From Octopus vulgaris (taxonomy: Eukaryota): 64,000 bases of DNA. The notes beneath the pieces are model-generated. The model was not told the DNA's origin, did not search any database, and saw only the letters and a program-made list of their open reading frames with translations. The stretch spans positions 71,548,001-71,612,000 of the forward strand of contig OX597823.1 of assembly GCA_951406725.2 (NCBI GenBank). The letters run 5' to 3'. This document shows positions 50,362 to 64,000 of this stretch, one piece after another; positions within the stretch are counted from its first letter, which is position 1, and each line of letters opens with the position of its first letter. A program made the translations under genes and the position numbers.

Positions 50362-50680
50362 GTTTGGCTTATATACCTATTAGCTGTGTAACAGCATCCT
50401 GGGAAATGTTCCTTCATAACACCAAGTGTTAAAAAAATACACTGAATGTCACAGACCAGGTGAGATGACTCACCCTGAAGATGAACAAGAATGATGAATA
50501 TATGTATATACACAATAGACTTCCATATAGTTTCTGTTTATCAAATGTACTAACAATCTATTTACTGGGGCTATAGAAGAGAACACTTGTCCAATGTGCC
50601 AAACAGTTGGACTGAACCTGAAACCATGCAGTTGCAAAGTGAGCTTCTTGACCACTTGGCCATGATGAAAGATTGCAAAT

Positions 50681-51063
50681 AGGCACAGGAGTGGCTGTGT
50701 GGTAAGTAGCTTGCTTACCAACCACATGGTTCCAGGTTCAGTCTCACTTGCATGGCACCGTGGGCAAGTGTCTTTTACCATAGCCTCAGGCCAACCAAAG
50801 CCTTGTGAGTGGATTTGGTAGACGGAAACTGAAAGAAGCCCGTCATATATATGTATATATATATATGTGTGTTTGTTTCCCCAACATCGCTTGACAACTG
50901 ATGCTGGTGTGTTTACATCCCCATAACTTAGCGGTTCGGCATAAGAGGCCGATAGAATAAGTACTAGGCTTACAAAAAATAAGTCCTGGGGTTGATTTGC
51001 TCGACTAAAAAGCAGTGCTCCAGCATTTCCGCAGTCAAATGACTGAAACAAGTAAAAGAGTAA
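50681..51063 (+). mobile_element. SINE family A
   Basis: Colinear with family A; preceded by an inverted diverged head at 50520-50660. Confidence 0.9.
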
Positions 51064-51249
51064 ACTCTACAAAAAGTACGATGGAGGAAGTTCACTTAAA
51101 CATTTTGATGCAATAAAACATACAAAACCATGAATGCATAATGATGTGGCATCAACTTTGCCCACTGCCAAAGCATTGTCATTGTAAAAACCTGTTGAGA
51201 CAAAGACATGTACATACATATGTGTGTGTGTTTATATATGTGTGTATAT

Positions 51250-52405
51250 ATGTTTATAAATATTTATATGTATATATAGAATATGTATGTTTATAAATAT
51301 TTATGTGTCTGTATAGAATATGTATGTTTATAAATATTTATATGTATATATAGAATAAGTATGTTTATAAATATTAATGTGTCTACACTACCGTCAGAAA
51401 TTAATTAGCACCCTTGATTTGCTCACCATGAAGCATGGTGGGGGTGGTCTGATGGTGTGAGGGGCGTTCAGCTACAGTGGTGTTGGGCGGCTCTATGCCG
51501 TCGAAGGCAACATCAACGCAGCAAAGTACGTTGAGATAGTACGGGATACCTCTTTGGTGGCGAGGAGTACGTGCTGGCCAGTCACCTGACCTGAACCCTA
51601 TTGAGAACCTCTGGAGTCGATTGGGTAGGGATTTGAATGTGCAGCAATACAGGAACCGACACGAGCTGTTTGGGGCACTTCTTGCTGCATGAGGGGCCAT
51701 CCCTGCACAGTACCTGCAGGCACTCATAGACAGCATGCCGACCCGCGTAGCAGCTGTCATTGCTGCCAAAGGAGGAGCAACAAGATATTGACTAAATTTC
51801 ACGATTAATAACAATTATGTGGTGTGCTGGGATATGGTTTAATAAATTTTTGATTAAAAACGAGTTCGCTTTCTGATAATAAGTTAATTAAATTAAGAAA
51901 ATGTAAGAAAATGTAGAAATTTGAGAAGTGCTAATTAATTTCCGACGCAAGTGTATATAAAATATGTATGTTTATAAATATTTATGTATATATATAGAAT
52001 ATGTATGTTTATAAATATTTATATGTATATATAGAATATGTATGTTTATAAATATTTATATGTATATATAGAATATGTATGTTTATAAATATGTATATGT
52101 ATATATAGAATATATATGTTTATAAATATTTATATGTATATATAGAATATGTATGTTTATAAATATTTATATGTATGTATAGAATATGTATGTTTATAAA
52201 TATTTATATGTATATATAGAATATGTATGTTTATTAATATTTATATGTATATATAGAATATGTATGTTTATAAATATTTATATGTATATATAGAATATGT
52301 ATGTTTATAAATATTTATATGTATGTATAGAATATGTATGTTTATAAATATTTATATGTATATATAGAATATGTATGTTTATAGATATTTATATGTCTAT
52401 ATAGA
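51250..52405. repeat. 37-bp AT-rich minisatellite interrupted by a Tc1 element
   Basis: Unit TATATATAGAATATGTATGTTTATAAATATTTATATG; about 3-4 units left and about 12 right of the transposon. Confidence 0.9.
51386..51953 (+). mobile_element. Internally deleted Tc1-like element
   Basis: TA|CACTACCGTCAGAAATTAATTAGCAC...GTGCTAATTAATTTCCGACGCAAGTG|TA; KHGGGGLMV*GAF, QSPDLNPIENLW. Confidence 0.9.
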
Positions 52406-52411
52406 GCATAT

Positions 52412-52746
52412 GTGAAAGCGCATAGCTCAGTGATTAGAGTGTCGGGCTTATGATTACGAGGTTGTGAGTTTGAATTCCAGACCGGGCCACGTGTTGTGTT
52501 CTTGAACAAGACACTTTATTTCATGTTGCTCCAGTTCACTCAGCTGTAGAAATGAGTTGCAATGCCCCAGGTGCCAAGCTGTATGGCCTTTGCCTTTCCC
52601 TTGGATAACACTGGTGGCATGGAGAGGGGAGGCCGGTATGCATGGGCAACTGCTGGTCTTCCATAAACAACCTTGCTGGGACTTGTGCCTGGGAGGGTAA
52701 TTTCTTAGGTGCAATCCCATGGTCAGTCATGACCGAAGGTGGTCTC
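52412..52746 (+). mobile_element. SINE family C
   Basis: Colinear with the reverse complement of 39636-39975. Confidence 0.9.
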
Positions 52747-53258
52747 AGCAGCATATAGAGTATATCTTGTGTGTGCAAACAGATATATGACTGCAATTGT
52801 TAGGTTTAGAGTTCAATGTAGATTATCATATTCCAGTCTGCTTCAGTCTAGTGCTCAAGGATCTCCTATACTCAGCAACATTACTAGTTAGGAAATACAG
52901 AGAACTTGTCGGAGAAATTTAAATAAACATAAGTTTATATTATTAGTTCCTATATATGCTTCACCATTTTGGTTGCTCAGAACCCTACGTTAAGTGTTCT
53001 GAGTGCAATTTGATGCTTAATCAGATGGATTATCAGGGAACACTTTATTGAATTCTATTACAGAAATGCTGAGGCATTTTACAAATATTTTGAAATGGAA
53101 ATAGAAGGAAAATAATTGGTTGAGAAGGGGAAAAGATGGACTAAGAAATAAGAGAGATTTTTAGATGATTTAGGCAGTTTGCCATTTTTAAATTGACATT
53201 TTTATTCCTATATTTATCGATATCTCATTCGTTTTGTACCTCCTATATTTATCATGCA

Positions 53259-53644
53259 CTAGCAGTATCGCCCGGCGTTGCTCAGGTTTGTAAGGGAAAT
53301 AACTATAAAGCATTTTTAGAGAGTTATAGCCAAAAAATAGCAAAAAAAATGGAAAAAAAAATTATGGTAAATTTTTTTTGAGAGTTAAAAAAGGTGGAGT
53401 TGCGTCCCCTAGACGGTCTGTGGTTTGGGTTTCTGATTCTCGACCCCATGTCGAATTTATCGATTTTTTTCAGAACTGGGAGAACTTTTCAAAATTTTCG
53501 CTGCGTTAGTTTTGAATTATGACATTGGGCTATGTGTGTGTCAAGTTTCATCAGAATCGGTTGAAAGCCGTGGTCAGAGTGAGGGTACGAGAAAACAGAC
53601 ACACAGAAAACGCACAGACAAACTGCCGTTTATATAGAGAGAGA
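53259..53644 (-). mobile_element. Non-autonomous Helitron
   Basis: Minus strand starts A|TCTCTCTCTATATAAA and ends CCTGAGCAACGCCGGGCGATACTGCTAG|T. Confidence 0.82.
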
Positions 53645-53934
53645 TAACTCATTACATGTAATTTTTATTTATATGTAATTGTATATGTACTTTTATATAT
53701 TTTTTTATATCTTCTATATCTTTCTGTATGTTTGGTTTTATATTCTTTATACCCTTGGAGAATCTTTGTGCCTGTATATGCATGATTTATGCTGATGTGT
53801 ATAAATACATACGTTTCACTACTTTGCTTGAATGATTTTATTTATGCGTTCAGGAATCTGTTTGACTGCCTCTCTACTCTATATTATTTTTTCGCATTGG
53901 CTCCCTGTTAAAACATATTTGATATTGTATATAT

Positions 53935-53996
<62 letters not shown>

Positions 53997-54129
53997 GTAA
54001 ATGAGGATAAGATCGTTAATTTAAAATAAAATAACGATTTTATCAAGTGGCCAGCATGGAAAAAAATAACCTTCAAAGGTAATAATTATTAAAATTATTG
54101 GTGGTATCTCGTAGATACTCTAATTTATG

Positions 54130-54180
<51 letters not shown>

Positions 54181-55089
54181 CAAGAGAGCAGCTGCAGTAA
54201 TGAAGTCAAACCAAGTAGTAATATTTTGAAATCATTTATTATGTATGTTTCAGGTTTGCATAATATTTAATCAGAAATACATCCATTACATAAACAATTC
54301 TATTTTCTTTCAATATTATTCACTTGTACATCCTTTCTTCCCATCCCCACTATCTTACATTACATATTCTTCTCTTCTTTCACCCCCTTTCTTTCTCTCT
54401 TTTTTCTTTCTATCTCTTCCTCTCTCTCTTCCCCTGTGTACACATACCTATCCTCTTAACTTAGTAGCCAATTTACTACTCTAACCACACACACACACAC
54501 ATACACACATATTTTGATTTTCAAAACTTATGAAAACAAGACATTTATACTAAAGAGCCAGAACCGGTTTCAGCCAGGTTAGTAACGAAAGGGTTAAGTG
54601 GATATATTTTATCTCTTGGTATTTACACAGCCTCTGTAACTAATATATATTCGTATTGTTACAATTCAGAATTATAATCCATCAGTATCAGCCAAGAATT
54701 GCAAAACCCATAAACTTTCTCTCTATAAATCTACAAAAAAGTGCTTGAAATAACCTTCTTGTATAACTCTCTGTTAGCCTGCTGCCATTGATGGTATTGT
54801 GTCTATGTTTAATTCATCTACACATCTCTGCTGGAATCATTGATCCATAACAAGGGAAAATATATAAATTATGTATATATATTCATTTTAAGAATGTTAC
54901 CTTGCTTATTTTTGATTTGTAATTTCATTAAGGTTGTTTTGTATATTATTATATTATTTCTCTGAAATAGAATTATTCTATTTTATTGAGCTCTTTGCTA
55001 AATTTTACACAAAGAATATTCTTATAATAATTACAAAACATGTCTTTCACTATTATTCATATATATATAAGCACAGACTTATATATATA

Positions 55090-55450
55090 TGAATAAGGTA
55101 GTAAAACATTTGCTTCCCAACCACATGGTTCTGGGCTCAGTCCTACTGTGTGACAACTTGGGCAAGAGTCTTCTACTATAGCCTCAGGCCAACCAAAGCC
55201 TTGTGAGAGGATTTGGTAGATGGAAACTGAAATATGCTCACCATATGTGTGTGTGTGTTTGTCCCCCATCATTGCTTGACAACCAGTGTTTATGTGTTGG
55301 CATCACCATAAATTAGCAGTTCAACAAAAGAGATTGATACAATAAGTATAAAAATAAGTAGTGGAGTTGATTCATTCCACTAAAATTCTTCGAGGCAGTG
55401 CACCAGCATGACCACAGTCTAATAACTGAAACAAGTAAAAGATAAAAGAT
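55090..55450 (+). mobile_element. SINE family A, older copy
   Basis: Diverged similarity; in tandem with the next copy. Confidence 0.8.
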
Positions 55451-55498
55451 TAAAGAGACATATATTTATGTTTGTTGTGTAACCATGTATATACATTA

Positions 55499-55909
55499 AG
55501 TGCAGGAGTGGCTGTGTGGTAAGTAGCTTGCTTACAAACCACATGGTTCTGGGTTCAGTTCCACTGCATGGCACTTTGGGCAAGTGTCTTCTACTATAGC
55601 CTCAGGCTGACCAAAGCCTTGTGAGTGGATTTGGTAGATGGAAACTGAAAGAAACCCGTCGTATATATGTATGTGTGTGTATATGTTTGCGTGTCCGTGT
55701 TTGCCCCACACACACACATCGCTTGGCAACTGATGGTGGTATGTTTATGTCCCAGTAACTTAGTGGTTCGGCAAAAGAGACCGATGGAATAAATACTAAG
55801 CTTCCAAAGAATAAGTCTTGGGGTCGATTTGCTTGATTAAAGGCGTTGCTCCAGCATGGCTGCAGTCAAATGACTGCAACAAGTAAAAGAGAGTAAAGTG
55901 TAAAGAGTA
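55499..55909 (+). mobile_element. SINE family A
   Basis: Colinear with family A; ends about 120 bp before a dynein exon. Confidence 0.9.
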
Positions 55910-56027
55910 TACACTAAATTAAAAATACTTCCCTTATCTCATGTCATTTATGTTTTTATGCAAATGATATTACTTATGATTGATTTGACTAGATGATTTT
56001 GCTGCTTTTTATTATTTTTTTATTCAG

Positions 56028-56271
56028 GGTGAACATATTTGGATTGTCTTAGATGGACCAGTTGATGCTATTTGGATAGAAAACTTAAACTCAGTGTTGG
56101 ATGATAACAAAACGCTTACCCTTGCAAATGGTGACCGTATACCAATGGCACCCCTTTGCAAAATTATATTTGAAGTCCATAATATAGATAATGCTTCCCC
56201 TGCCACTGTGTCACGAAATGGAATGGTTTTTATGAGCAGTTCTATTCTCAATTGGGATCCTTTACTTCAAG
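56028..56271 (+). CDS. DNAH5: Dynein heavy chain exon (AAA2 Walker B region)
   Basis: ttcAG|GGT acceptor, GTAACT donor at 56272 (phase 1). [40 protein letters not shown]...[27 protein letters not shown]. Confidence 0.95.
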
Positions 56272-59200
56272 GTAACTAAGAATTATCAAAAGCTTTTTAT
56301 GAATATTTTATTTTCCAATGTTTTTGTTGAGTGAAGTAAGTTTTCTTCTATTTAGATACAAATCTATTCTGGCAGCAGTTTTTTTATCATTATCACCCAT
56401 CCTAGCATCAGGAAAACTAATTAGGCTAAATTTGAGTACTTTTAATTATGGCTTTTGTATTACCAACTCAAATGTTTTCTTTTTTTTTTCTGTGTGTATT
56501 TTGTTGTTTCAGAAATTTCTATTCTTTATTTTCTTCCCCCTTTTTTCTTTTTTTCACTTGACTAAATAAGTCTCCTTGTCTGGTAAACAAATTTAAGTAG
56601 CGCTAAAGTTGGTTTCTACCTAAGTTGATTAAGTCAGCAAAGTATCGATCAATTGAAATGTATTTGGAGGGAAAGAGACAGGCAGCTCTTGAAAATACCT
56701 TTTGATCCATTGTCATTTTGTAGAAGCTATCTTCAAGGTAAATTGAAAATGCCTTCCAGTTTGACTTGGCTTTGAAGAGTCATCACTTTGCTAGAATTAT
56801 ATGCCTGTAATCAGATGAGATATAAATTTTCATGTTGATAGGATGAAAGTTTATCTCATTGAACATTGTCAGCTTATTTGGTAATTTCTCAAATAAGAAT
56901 TTTTCCATGTGCTCAGTATTGCCTATGAACAAAATACTTGTCAGTTTATATGATGAATCCACTTATTATTATTACTACCACTTTATAGTACCTATCTATA
57001 ACAAGCATTAAAATTTGAGTATTTTTGCTAGAAACACAGCACTGTAGCAGATACGAAAGAGAAAATCTAGGTCTTTTTTGATGTCTTAATATTCAACCAG
57101 CTGGGAATTCCTCTAAGACATACGTCACCAATACTTTAAACTAATAAAGGGGCTCTCAAAATGGGGCACCCACACTCCTGGGAGTGCCAAAGAGATGAAG
57201 CATATATACTTTACTAAAATGGCTTTCTAGAATATAATTATTAACTAACTCTTTAGAATGAGTTCATTCTCATTAGCACACCAAAAACTGTGCAGAAGCT
57301 GTTCAGGCAAACAGCAAAGCTTACAATGAATGGCAAATTTCCCCTACTCATAAAAACTGGACAGCATTTACTCAGCAAAGCAAAATCTGCATAACTATTA
57401 TTTGATCTACTGAAGATGGCTTTATGCCATGTACAGATCTCATGCTATCCTGCCTTGCAAACTGCAGCCAATTGTTTTGGATCCTCAAAGAGAAAAGGGA
57501 TGTGAAAATTTACCAAACATTTCCTAGGAGTGTGGAGTATCAAAAAGGCTGAGAATCACTGAATTATTACCATCATAGAAAAGTGAACACTGTAACTAAT
57601 AGAAAATCTATCCTTTTAAGGAAAATAAATTCTTGGAGTGGCTTTATTGAATATTTGCTTGTTTAAATTCTGTCATCACCTACTTGCCATACCACTTTCT
57701 CTCTGTACCTTGCTCTCAGACAAAATGCAAGGTCTGATTCTTCACTCCACATATCAACTAAATACTTCTGTGGACTAATTGCTACTATCTTATATCATTA
57801 TTAGTTCCTTTGATTCCTGACTTTATCAATTGTATCACTACTATATTTTCAAGAACAACTCTCAAGTTCAGTGTCCTTGCCAGGTAGAAGCCAGAATCAA
57901 TGTTACTTTATAGTTTTATGCCATTGTTCATAAATTCAACCTCATGCATAGGGATTTTATTAAAGTAGAATATTTGGGAACAATCCAAAATTTCTTCTGT
58001 TGAAGTGGTGTATTTATAACAGAACTGAAGGTTAAAAGTTTAAAGAGAATTTTAAGAACTGTTAAGTGATTTACAACAGTTTTTATTTCTTAGGATTTTC
58101 TATAAAATTGATTTTATTAATGCTGGTGAAAAGTCGAACAAATTAGGATTTCATTTCATTACAATGAGTTATAGTAAAAATTCTAGTTCTGCAGTTCTAT
58201 CTTTACTAACCCCAGTTTATCCTTTACTAAACTGACAAAATAAATTCCAAAATTATATGTTCCAGTCATATAATTCATATATGAGGTAGGTTATTTGATC
58301 ACTGTTTGAAGTATCTTGGCAGGATATTCAAAAGTTGGAGCAAAAAAAAGTCTAAAGAAATTCAAGTGAATGAAAAGCAAATACAAACACAGGGTGTAAA
58401 CAGGAAGTTTTTCTGAAATGAGACTAAACTTTGTTTCTCACTCAGAAGGGTGCTTAATTTCTGTGACAGTTCAAACAATGATAGATTTAAATTGTGGTAA
58501 TTAGTGGTTCAGGACTCAGCAAGAGATGTAGTTATTTGCTGTAGAGGACTTGAACTATTTCAGATAACCTGCTGTAAAGTGTGAATAATCATTATCAAAG
58601 TGATTAAATAAATGTCAGATGCACAGCATAAGTATTGACAGCTTACCATCAGTGGCTTGTGAGAGAATATCTGAGAAAAAATTTAAACTAATTTTAATAT
58701 AATTTTTCTGTTCATAATGAAGCCAAACTATAAAGTTCATACTTGTAATATATGGATAGAGCAGTAAATGCAGGGGATAAAATTATTGGACATGAAAGAG
58801 TTGAGGAGAATAAATTATATGAACAATGAAAAGGGTTTAGGCTTAAGTGAGTTTAGGAAGTGACTGATCAAAGATATTTGCCAAATCTATGCAAGCAAAA
58901 TGATTACAGATATCTGATGAAAATGAGAACTGGGTGATAGGTGAAAATTATCTATTTTTGATAAAATGATCCAATGAAGACTAAGGCAAAATGTGGGATG
59001 AAGAGTGAAATTGCTGTCTCTGATAGCTGGTGTTACACTAGAAAGGCACAACATAAAATTTGTAATATATGTACTGTGTTTTAACGAACATGTAATTTTA
59101 GTCTGAACATGAAAAGTAAACAGTATTTGTACAAGTTTTTATCTCTTCATGAATAGGCTATGCGTGATTGAGCGGACCAGTTTCTAGTCTTCTTACAACT

Positions 59201-59443
59201 TCAAAAAAGAAAGAATATTGACCTTCTATTCTCAATGAGGAAAGCAGATTAAAAAGTTATTTAAACTATATTCAGATTATGACTAAGTTAAACTTCTCAA
59301 ACTAATTTGCATAACAATGCCTTGAATTAACATACAAAGAAATATATTATAGATTTAATCGAGAATATTTTAAAATATATTAAAAACAAAGTAATGACCA
59401 TTGTAGTTGCTAACCTCACTATTATTAGCAGCAGCAGCAGCAA

Positions 59444-59780
59444 GTGGAGGCGCAATGGCCCAATGGTCGCAGCTGAAGGATCGTGGTTTCGATTCCCAGA
59501 CCAAGCGTTGTGTGTGTTTATTGAGTGAAAATACCTAAAGCTCCACGAGGCTCCGGCAGGGGGTGATGGCGACCCCTGTTGTACTCTTTCGCTCTAACTT
59601 TCTCTCACTCTTCCTACCTGTTTCTTGTCCCCGACTTCCTACGCAACTGCTGAGCCTGGATGCGCATTCATTCATCCGTCGATGCTCTTGGTGTCGGGGG
59701 TTGACCTGCTTTCTCTTCTGCAGGTCTTATGAATAGCAAAGGACCACGGACAGTCCTGAGACGCTCAACAAACAAACAAG
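59444..59780 (+). mobile_element. SINE with family D head and a different 3' tail
   Basis: Matches the 5250-5566 element for ~180 nt, then diverges; ends (CAAA)n; inserted in (AGC)n. Confidence 0.85.
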
Positions 59781-60248
59781 CAGCAGCACCACCACCACCA
59801 CCACCACTGTCACCACATGTCACTAAGGGCAGGTGATTAAATTTGCTTGTGCTACATTCCCGGCAAATAGAATTCGTCAGTTCTCTCTTTGGGTAAAAAT
59901 AATTTTCTCTGCTTCTATAGAAAAAGAAAACTGAGAAGTGGCTACGGTCCTCACCAAGAACTGATTAATTATTTTCAATAAATCCAAATGAAAAGGTGGA
60001 GAAGTACACATTAGAAAAAGTTAACTGCATTTTGTTCATTTCAAATAGTTTTTCCCACTAAAGGAAATGTGAAATGTTGCTATCTCCTGTAGATTAGAAT
60101 GAGTTTATTGTTCAAGGTTAAATTATGTTAATATACAAGTTAAGCAAATGTAATTTTAATTAGTTAAGTTACTTTCTTGTGAGCTCCTTCAGTTTAAATA
60201 AGAAATGGTAATTAAATGTATTAAAATTAACATTTATCTTCATTCTAG

Positions 60249-60361
60249 CCTGGCTTGCTACGAAACCACTTGGGATAAGATCAACTGTGTACAGCATATT
60301 CGAAGAGACTTTTCCCAACTCTTATATATTCTTACTTCAAAATTTATGTGCCAAAATGCAG
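60249..60361 (+). CDS. DNAH5: Dynein heavy chain exon
   Basis: ttctAG|CC completes the split GCC codon. AWLATKPLGIRSTVYSIFEETFPNSYIFLLQNLCAKMQ then GTATGT donor. Fits the expected post-AAA2 segment and the phase of the previous exon. Confidence 0.85.
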
Positions 60362-60432
60362 GTATGTATCATTAGAAAATCATAATTAATTTTTAAGGAT
60401 ACATTACAAACACATGCTGGATTACAGCTTAA

Positions 60433-60656
60433 CCATTTGGCATTCAGAATTACTCTGCAAATGTAATGATCGTTTGAACACAGTTGTTTTCAATTAATCA
60501 TACATATCTTGTAGCTTTGATATTTTTCTGGAGAATGTGATTCTTTATTTTTAGAATGACATTGTAGGGTAGGTGTGAGAGGATAGATCAAGTTGGTTTG
60601 AACATAAAACAGGTAGAATATTTAAGTTGAACATGATTGACTTAAATGCTAAATGG
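60433..60656. mobile_element. TTAA-flanked MITE (piggyBac-like)
   Basis: TTAA|CCATTTGGCATT...AATGCTAAATGG|TTAA. Confidence 0.75.
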
Positions 60657-60899
60657 TTAAATTTCAGTTAAAATAAAAGCCATAGTCTCTTAGTTTATTT
60701 TCAGAATACTGCTATTGAATAGCTTACCACATTCCTTGACAAGCAAGATTGTTAACATAATATTAACTTGAAAGAAACACCTGCATTGCCTGGAAAATAA
60801 AACACCTGGAGGCTAATTTGTTATATGAGAAACATACTAATTTTGCATTAAATGTCTTCTTCGAAACACAAATACTTGTATTATTTGTAAGATAGAGCT

Positions 60900-61105
60900 G
60901 TTAGCTGGCAGAATTGACACTGTGTCCGAAAAGCGCTTAGTGACATTTCTTCCAGCACTTTATGCTCTGAGATGAAATTCTGCCAAGGACAGATTTACTT
61001 TTATCCTTTCAGGATTTGTGAAATGAGTACCAGATAAGTGCTGAAGTTGAAGAAATCAACCAAACCTTCCTGTCAAAATCTCAGGCCTTGTGCTTAGAGT
61101 AGACA
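60900..61105 (+). mobile_element. SINE family B, old copy
   Basis: AGCTGGCAGAAT...TTTTATCCTTTCAGG...GAGTACCAG...CAGGCCTTGTGC. Confidence 0.65.
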
Positions 61106-62098
61106 GAATTATTTGTAATTGAGATACTATTTTTGTTTTCTTAAGACTTCACTTCCATTTCAGTAACACACTCTCTCTCTCTCTCTCCCTCTCTCTCTAT
61201 CTCTGTCTGTCTGTCTGTCTGTATGTCTCTCTCTCTCTCACTCACACACACACAATGCTTGCTTAGCTACCACTTGGTAGCTAAGTATAGTGCCCGTGTA
61301 GTCACAAGCTGACATAGACGCTCTCTCAACTCATCTAGGCCTGATCCAGCAGAATATACATGTGGTGATAGCTACAAGGAGAAAGAGAGAGAAAGAGAGA
61401 GCGAGAAAGAGAGAAAGAAAGAGATGTGTTGGCATCAGGCTGGTAATCATTTTTAGCTGAGTAGAGAGGATCAACATAAAATGAAGCACCTTGCTTAAGA
61501 ACACAACATACTGCCATGTCTGTGGATCAAATCCATGGCCTTATGAACATGAGTCCTAAGCACAAGGCCATATGTCTTCACACTCACTCATGTATCATGC
61601 TTATATACACACACTCACTCAAACATACACCACGTGCACACACACACACACAAAATAAGGGTGATAGTAGCATCAACTATATCAACACTGATGATAATAA
61701 CAGTGAAGACAATGATTTTAACAGGTTGTTATTTCGAATTGATTGCATTGAGATCCCCATGCTCAGGAATATAGTGCAGTTACAGAGAGTGTGAGTGAGT
61801 CATGCTAAATACTGAGTGCCTTGTTCAGATGTCACAATAGGCCCAATGTTTCTCTGCCCTTTCGCCATTAGATTGAGAGTTGTTTTGTTCCTCTCAGTTT
61901 GATCTGAGCAAAGAACTGCCTACATACCATAGAATATCCAGTATGAGATGCTCTACTAAAACAATGCATTAGGCATGTTATTCAGAAAGTCTCCTAGGCT
62001 ATAGTTTGCTCATTGACTGCTCTGTAACACGCCCCTGAACCAGCCTAAATATGTGTCTTTGTGTCTGTGTGTGTCTGTGTGGATGTATTATAAATGTA

Positions 62099-63745
62099 CA
62101 ATGGTGTCATTTAATTTAAGAACATTAATATACTAATGCTAAAATGAAATTTTTTATATATTCAAGTTATAAATTGTGAATAAAGATGTACATCAAAATA
62201 AAGAAAATTTCATGAGCTTTAATATGGTATGCAACTTTACAGCATAACATCAACATATTAACTTTGAATTAGAAATAAACTTTATTTTACGTAATTTACG
62301 TCACTACTTAATTTAAGAACGATTTGCAAAATTTCATTTTTTTTTTCCTTATTGACTAATATTTGGGTAATTTGAATGCTGTTACAATTTTTAAGTTACT
62401 TAATAGTTGTGATGAGTAAGAGACAAAACTTAATACCAGAACCCAGACTGAGGATCACTCAGCTTAGTTGGCTGAAATGGTCATATAAAATCTATTTCAA
62501 ACGTAGTTAGCTGCTCTAAAACAGTCGTCTACAATGCTGTTCATCTTTGTAAAGAAACTAATGATTATAAAGACCACTCTCAGCCTGAGAAACCAAGAAA
62601 AGCAACCACAAGAATGGATATATACATTCATAGACTGTCCCCCAAAAAATGAAAAATGACTGTTGTTGTCATTTTAAAAGAAACTGGGCAAAACATGGAC
62701 ATACCATTGGAGTGTCCACCATAAAAAAAAAAAACATCTCAAAGAATTTGAACTTCTAGGAAGAGTCTCTTGCAAAAAGCCATACATTTCTTTAAAAAAT
62801 CGATGTACCCAAATGCAGTTTGCAAAAGAGCATTTGAATTGGAGCCCAGCAGATTGGTCGAATGTGTTGTGGTTGGATGAGTCAAAGTTGAACTTGTCCA
62901 GTAGTGATGGCAGGAAGTATGTAAGAAGGCATATAGGCAAAGAATATCATCCAGAATGCATCCAGCCTATAATTAAGCACAGTAGTGGAAGTGTGATGGT
63001 GTGGGGTGGGGGGGCATGTTGAGAAAAGATGGAAAAGGTGATGGTCTTATAATAAGAATCAAGGGCATTATGGATAGTAAATCCTATCTAGAAATATTGG
63101 AGAAGACTATGCTTCCATACGCCTGAAAGCATTTGGGCCGATCTTGGACATTCCAGCATGACAACAACCTCAAACACACCTCGCATCTAGTCAGAGATTA
63201 CATTAGGTCTAAGAGAATTCAGTTGATGCAGTGGCTGGCACAGTCACCTGACCTAAATCCCATCGAAAATCTTTGGGAAAGGTTGGGTAAAGCTGTGCAA
63301 AGTAGTAAGCTAAAGAATAAGGATGGTTTTTTTGTAAATATTATTAGCTAAAATTGGGAAAAAAATTTCAGGAACAGCATTAAATGATCTGAACAATTCT
63401 ATGTTTTGCAGATACAAAACTCTATTAAGTAATTTTGGATATCCAACAAAAAATACTGATTGTGTGAGCTTATTGTTTTTTTTTTTTGTTGTTGATCTCA
63501 GAATAAACATTTTAAGGCAAAAATAGAAAATTTTACAAATCATTCTTAAATTAAATGGCGCTATAATTACAATAATTAAAATTTATTTTTAATTTAAAAT
63601 TAATATTTTGATGTTATGCTGTAAAGTTGTATACTGTATTAAAGCTTGTGAAATTTACTGTATTTTGATATAAAACTTTAAAAAATATAAAAAATGGCAT
63701 TTTGACATTAGTATACTAATGTTCTTAAATTAAATGGCGCCACTG
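62099..63745 (+). mobile_element. Full-length but decayed Tc1-family transposon with long IR/DR-type TIRs
   Basis: TA TSD; ~230-bp TIRs; DDE motifs VLWLDESK, FQHDNNLKH, QSPDLNPIENLW with stops and frameshifts. Confidence 0.92.
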
Positions 63746-64000
63746 TATGTGTGTTTTGGGTGGAGGTGGGGGAATATTAGCTGTTTGTTTGTTTACTATT
63801 ATGTATATATATGTAACAAATAACCTCACACACACATACACACTCTACCTACCTACCTACATACCTACCTATTTATCTGTCTATTTCTCCATCTACCTAT
63901 CTCTGCCTCTCTGTTTCTTTCTCTATCAGTCTTACAACACATAAGCACATGTGTCTTGTGAATATGTCCATACATGTATGTGTGATTCTATATGTGTGGG

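Noticed and set aside
50470-51051. Recurrent SINE-derived ORFs (FDCGHAGA..., EPETMWL...)
   Set aside because: Antisense translations of SINE A, with no coding conservation between copies.
51250-52405. CRISPR-like 37-bp repeats
   Set aside because: Units are contiguous with no unique spacers, there are no cas genes, and the context is eukaryotic.
56570-59060. Faint LINE RT traces on the minus strand (e.g. FACIDLANIFD)
   Set aside because: Too decayed to delimit or classify without a profile search.

Overview
AT-rich, microsatellite-rich animal genomic DNA. The SINE/LINE repertoire suggests a cephalopod, probably Octopus (inference). The whole window lies inside one + strand gene, an axonemal outer-arm dynein heavy chain (DNAH5/DNAH8-like). 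Six GT-AG exons (6122-6316, 42823-42957, 46517-46624, 47358-47657, 56028-56271, 60249-60361) splice in frame and cover the end of AAA1 through AAA2, with a 36.5-kb intron between the first two. The introns are packed with repeats: at least four tRNA-derived SINE families, a young 5'-truncated RTE LINE with a PHD-like finger inside its RT region, R4/Dong-type LINEs in (TAA)n tracts, CR1 remnants, mariner/Tc1/Tigger elements, TTAA-flanked MITEs and non-autonomous Helitrons. The most notable signal is four minimal type I hammerhead-ribozyme motifs in four different short repeats, one of them inside a tRNA-headed SINE-like element with an inverted 5' end. Most ORFs in the supplied track are microsatellite or SINE artefacts. 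Repeat boundaries were read by eye and may be off by a few bases.
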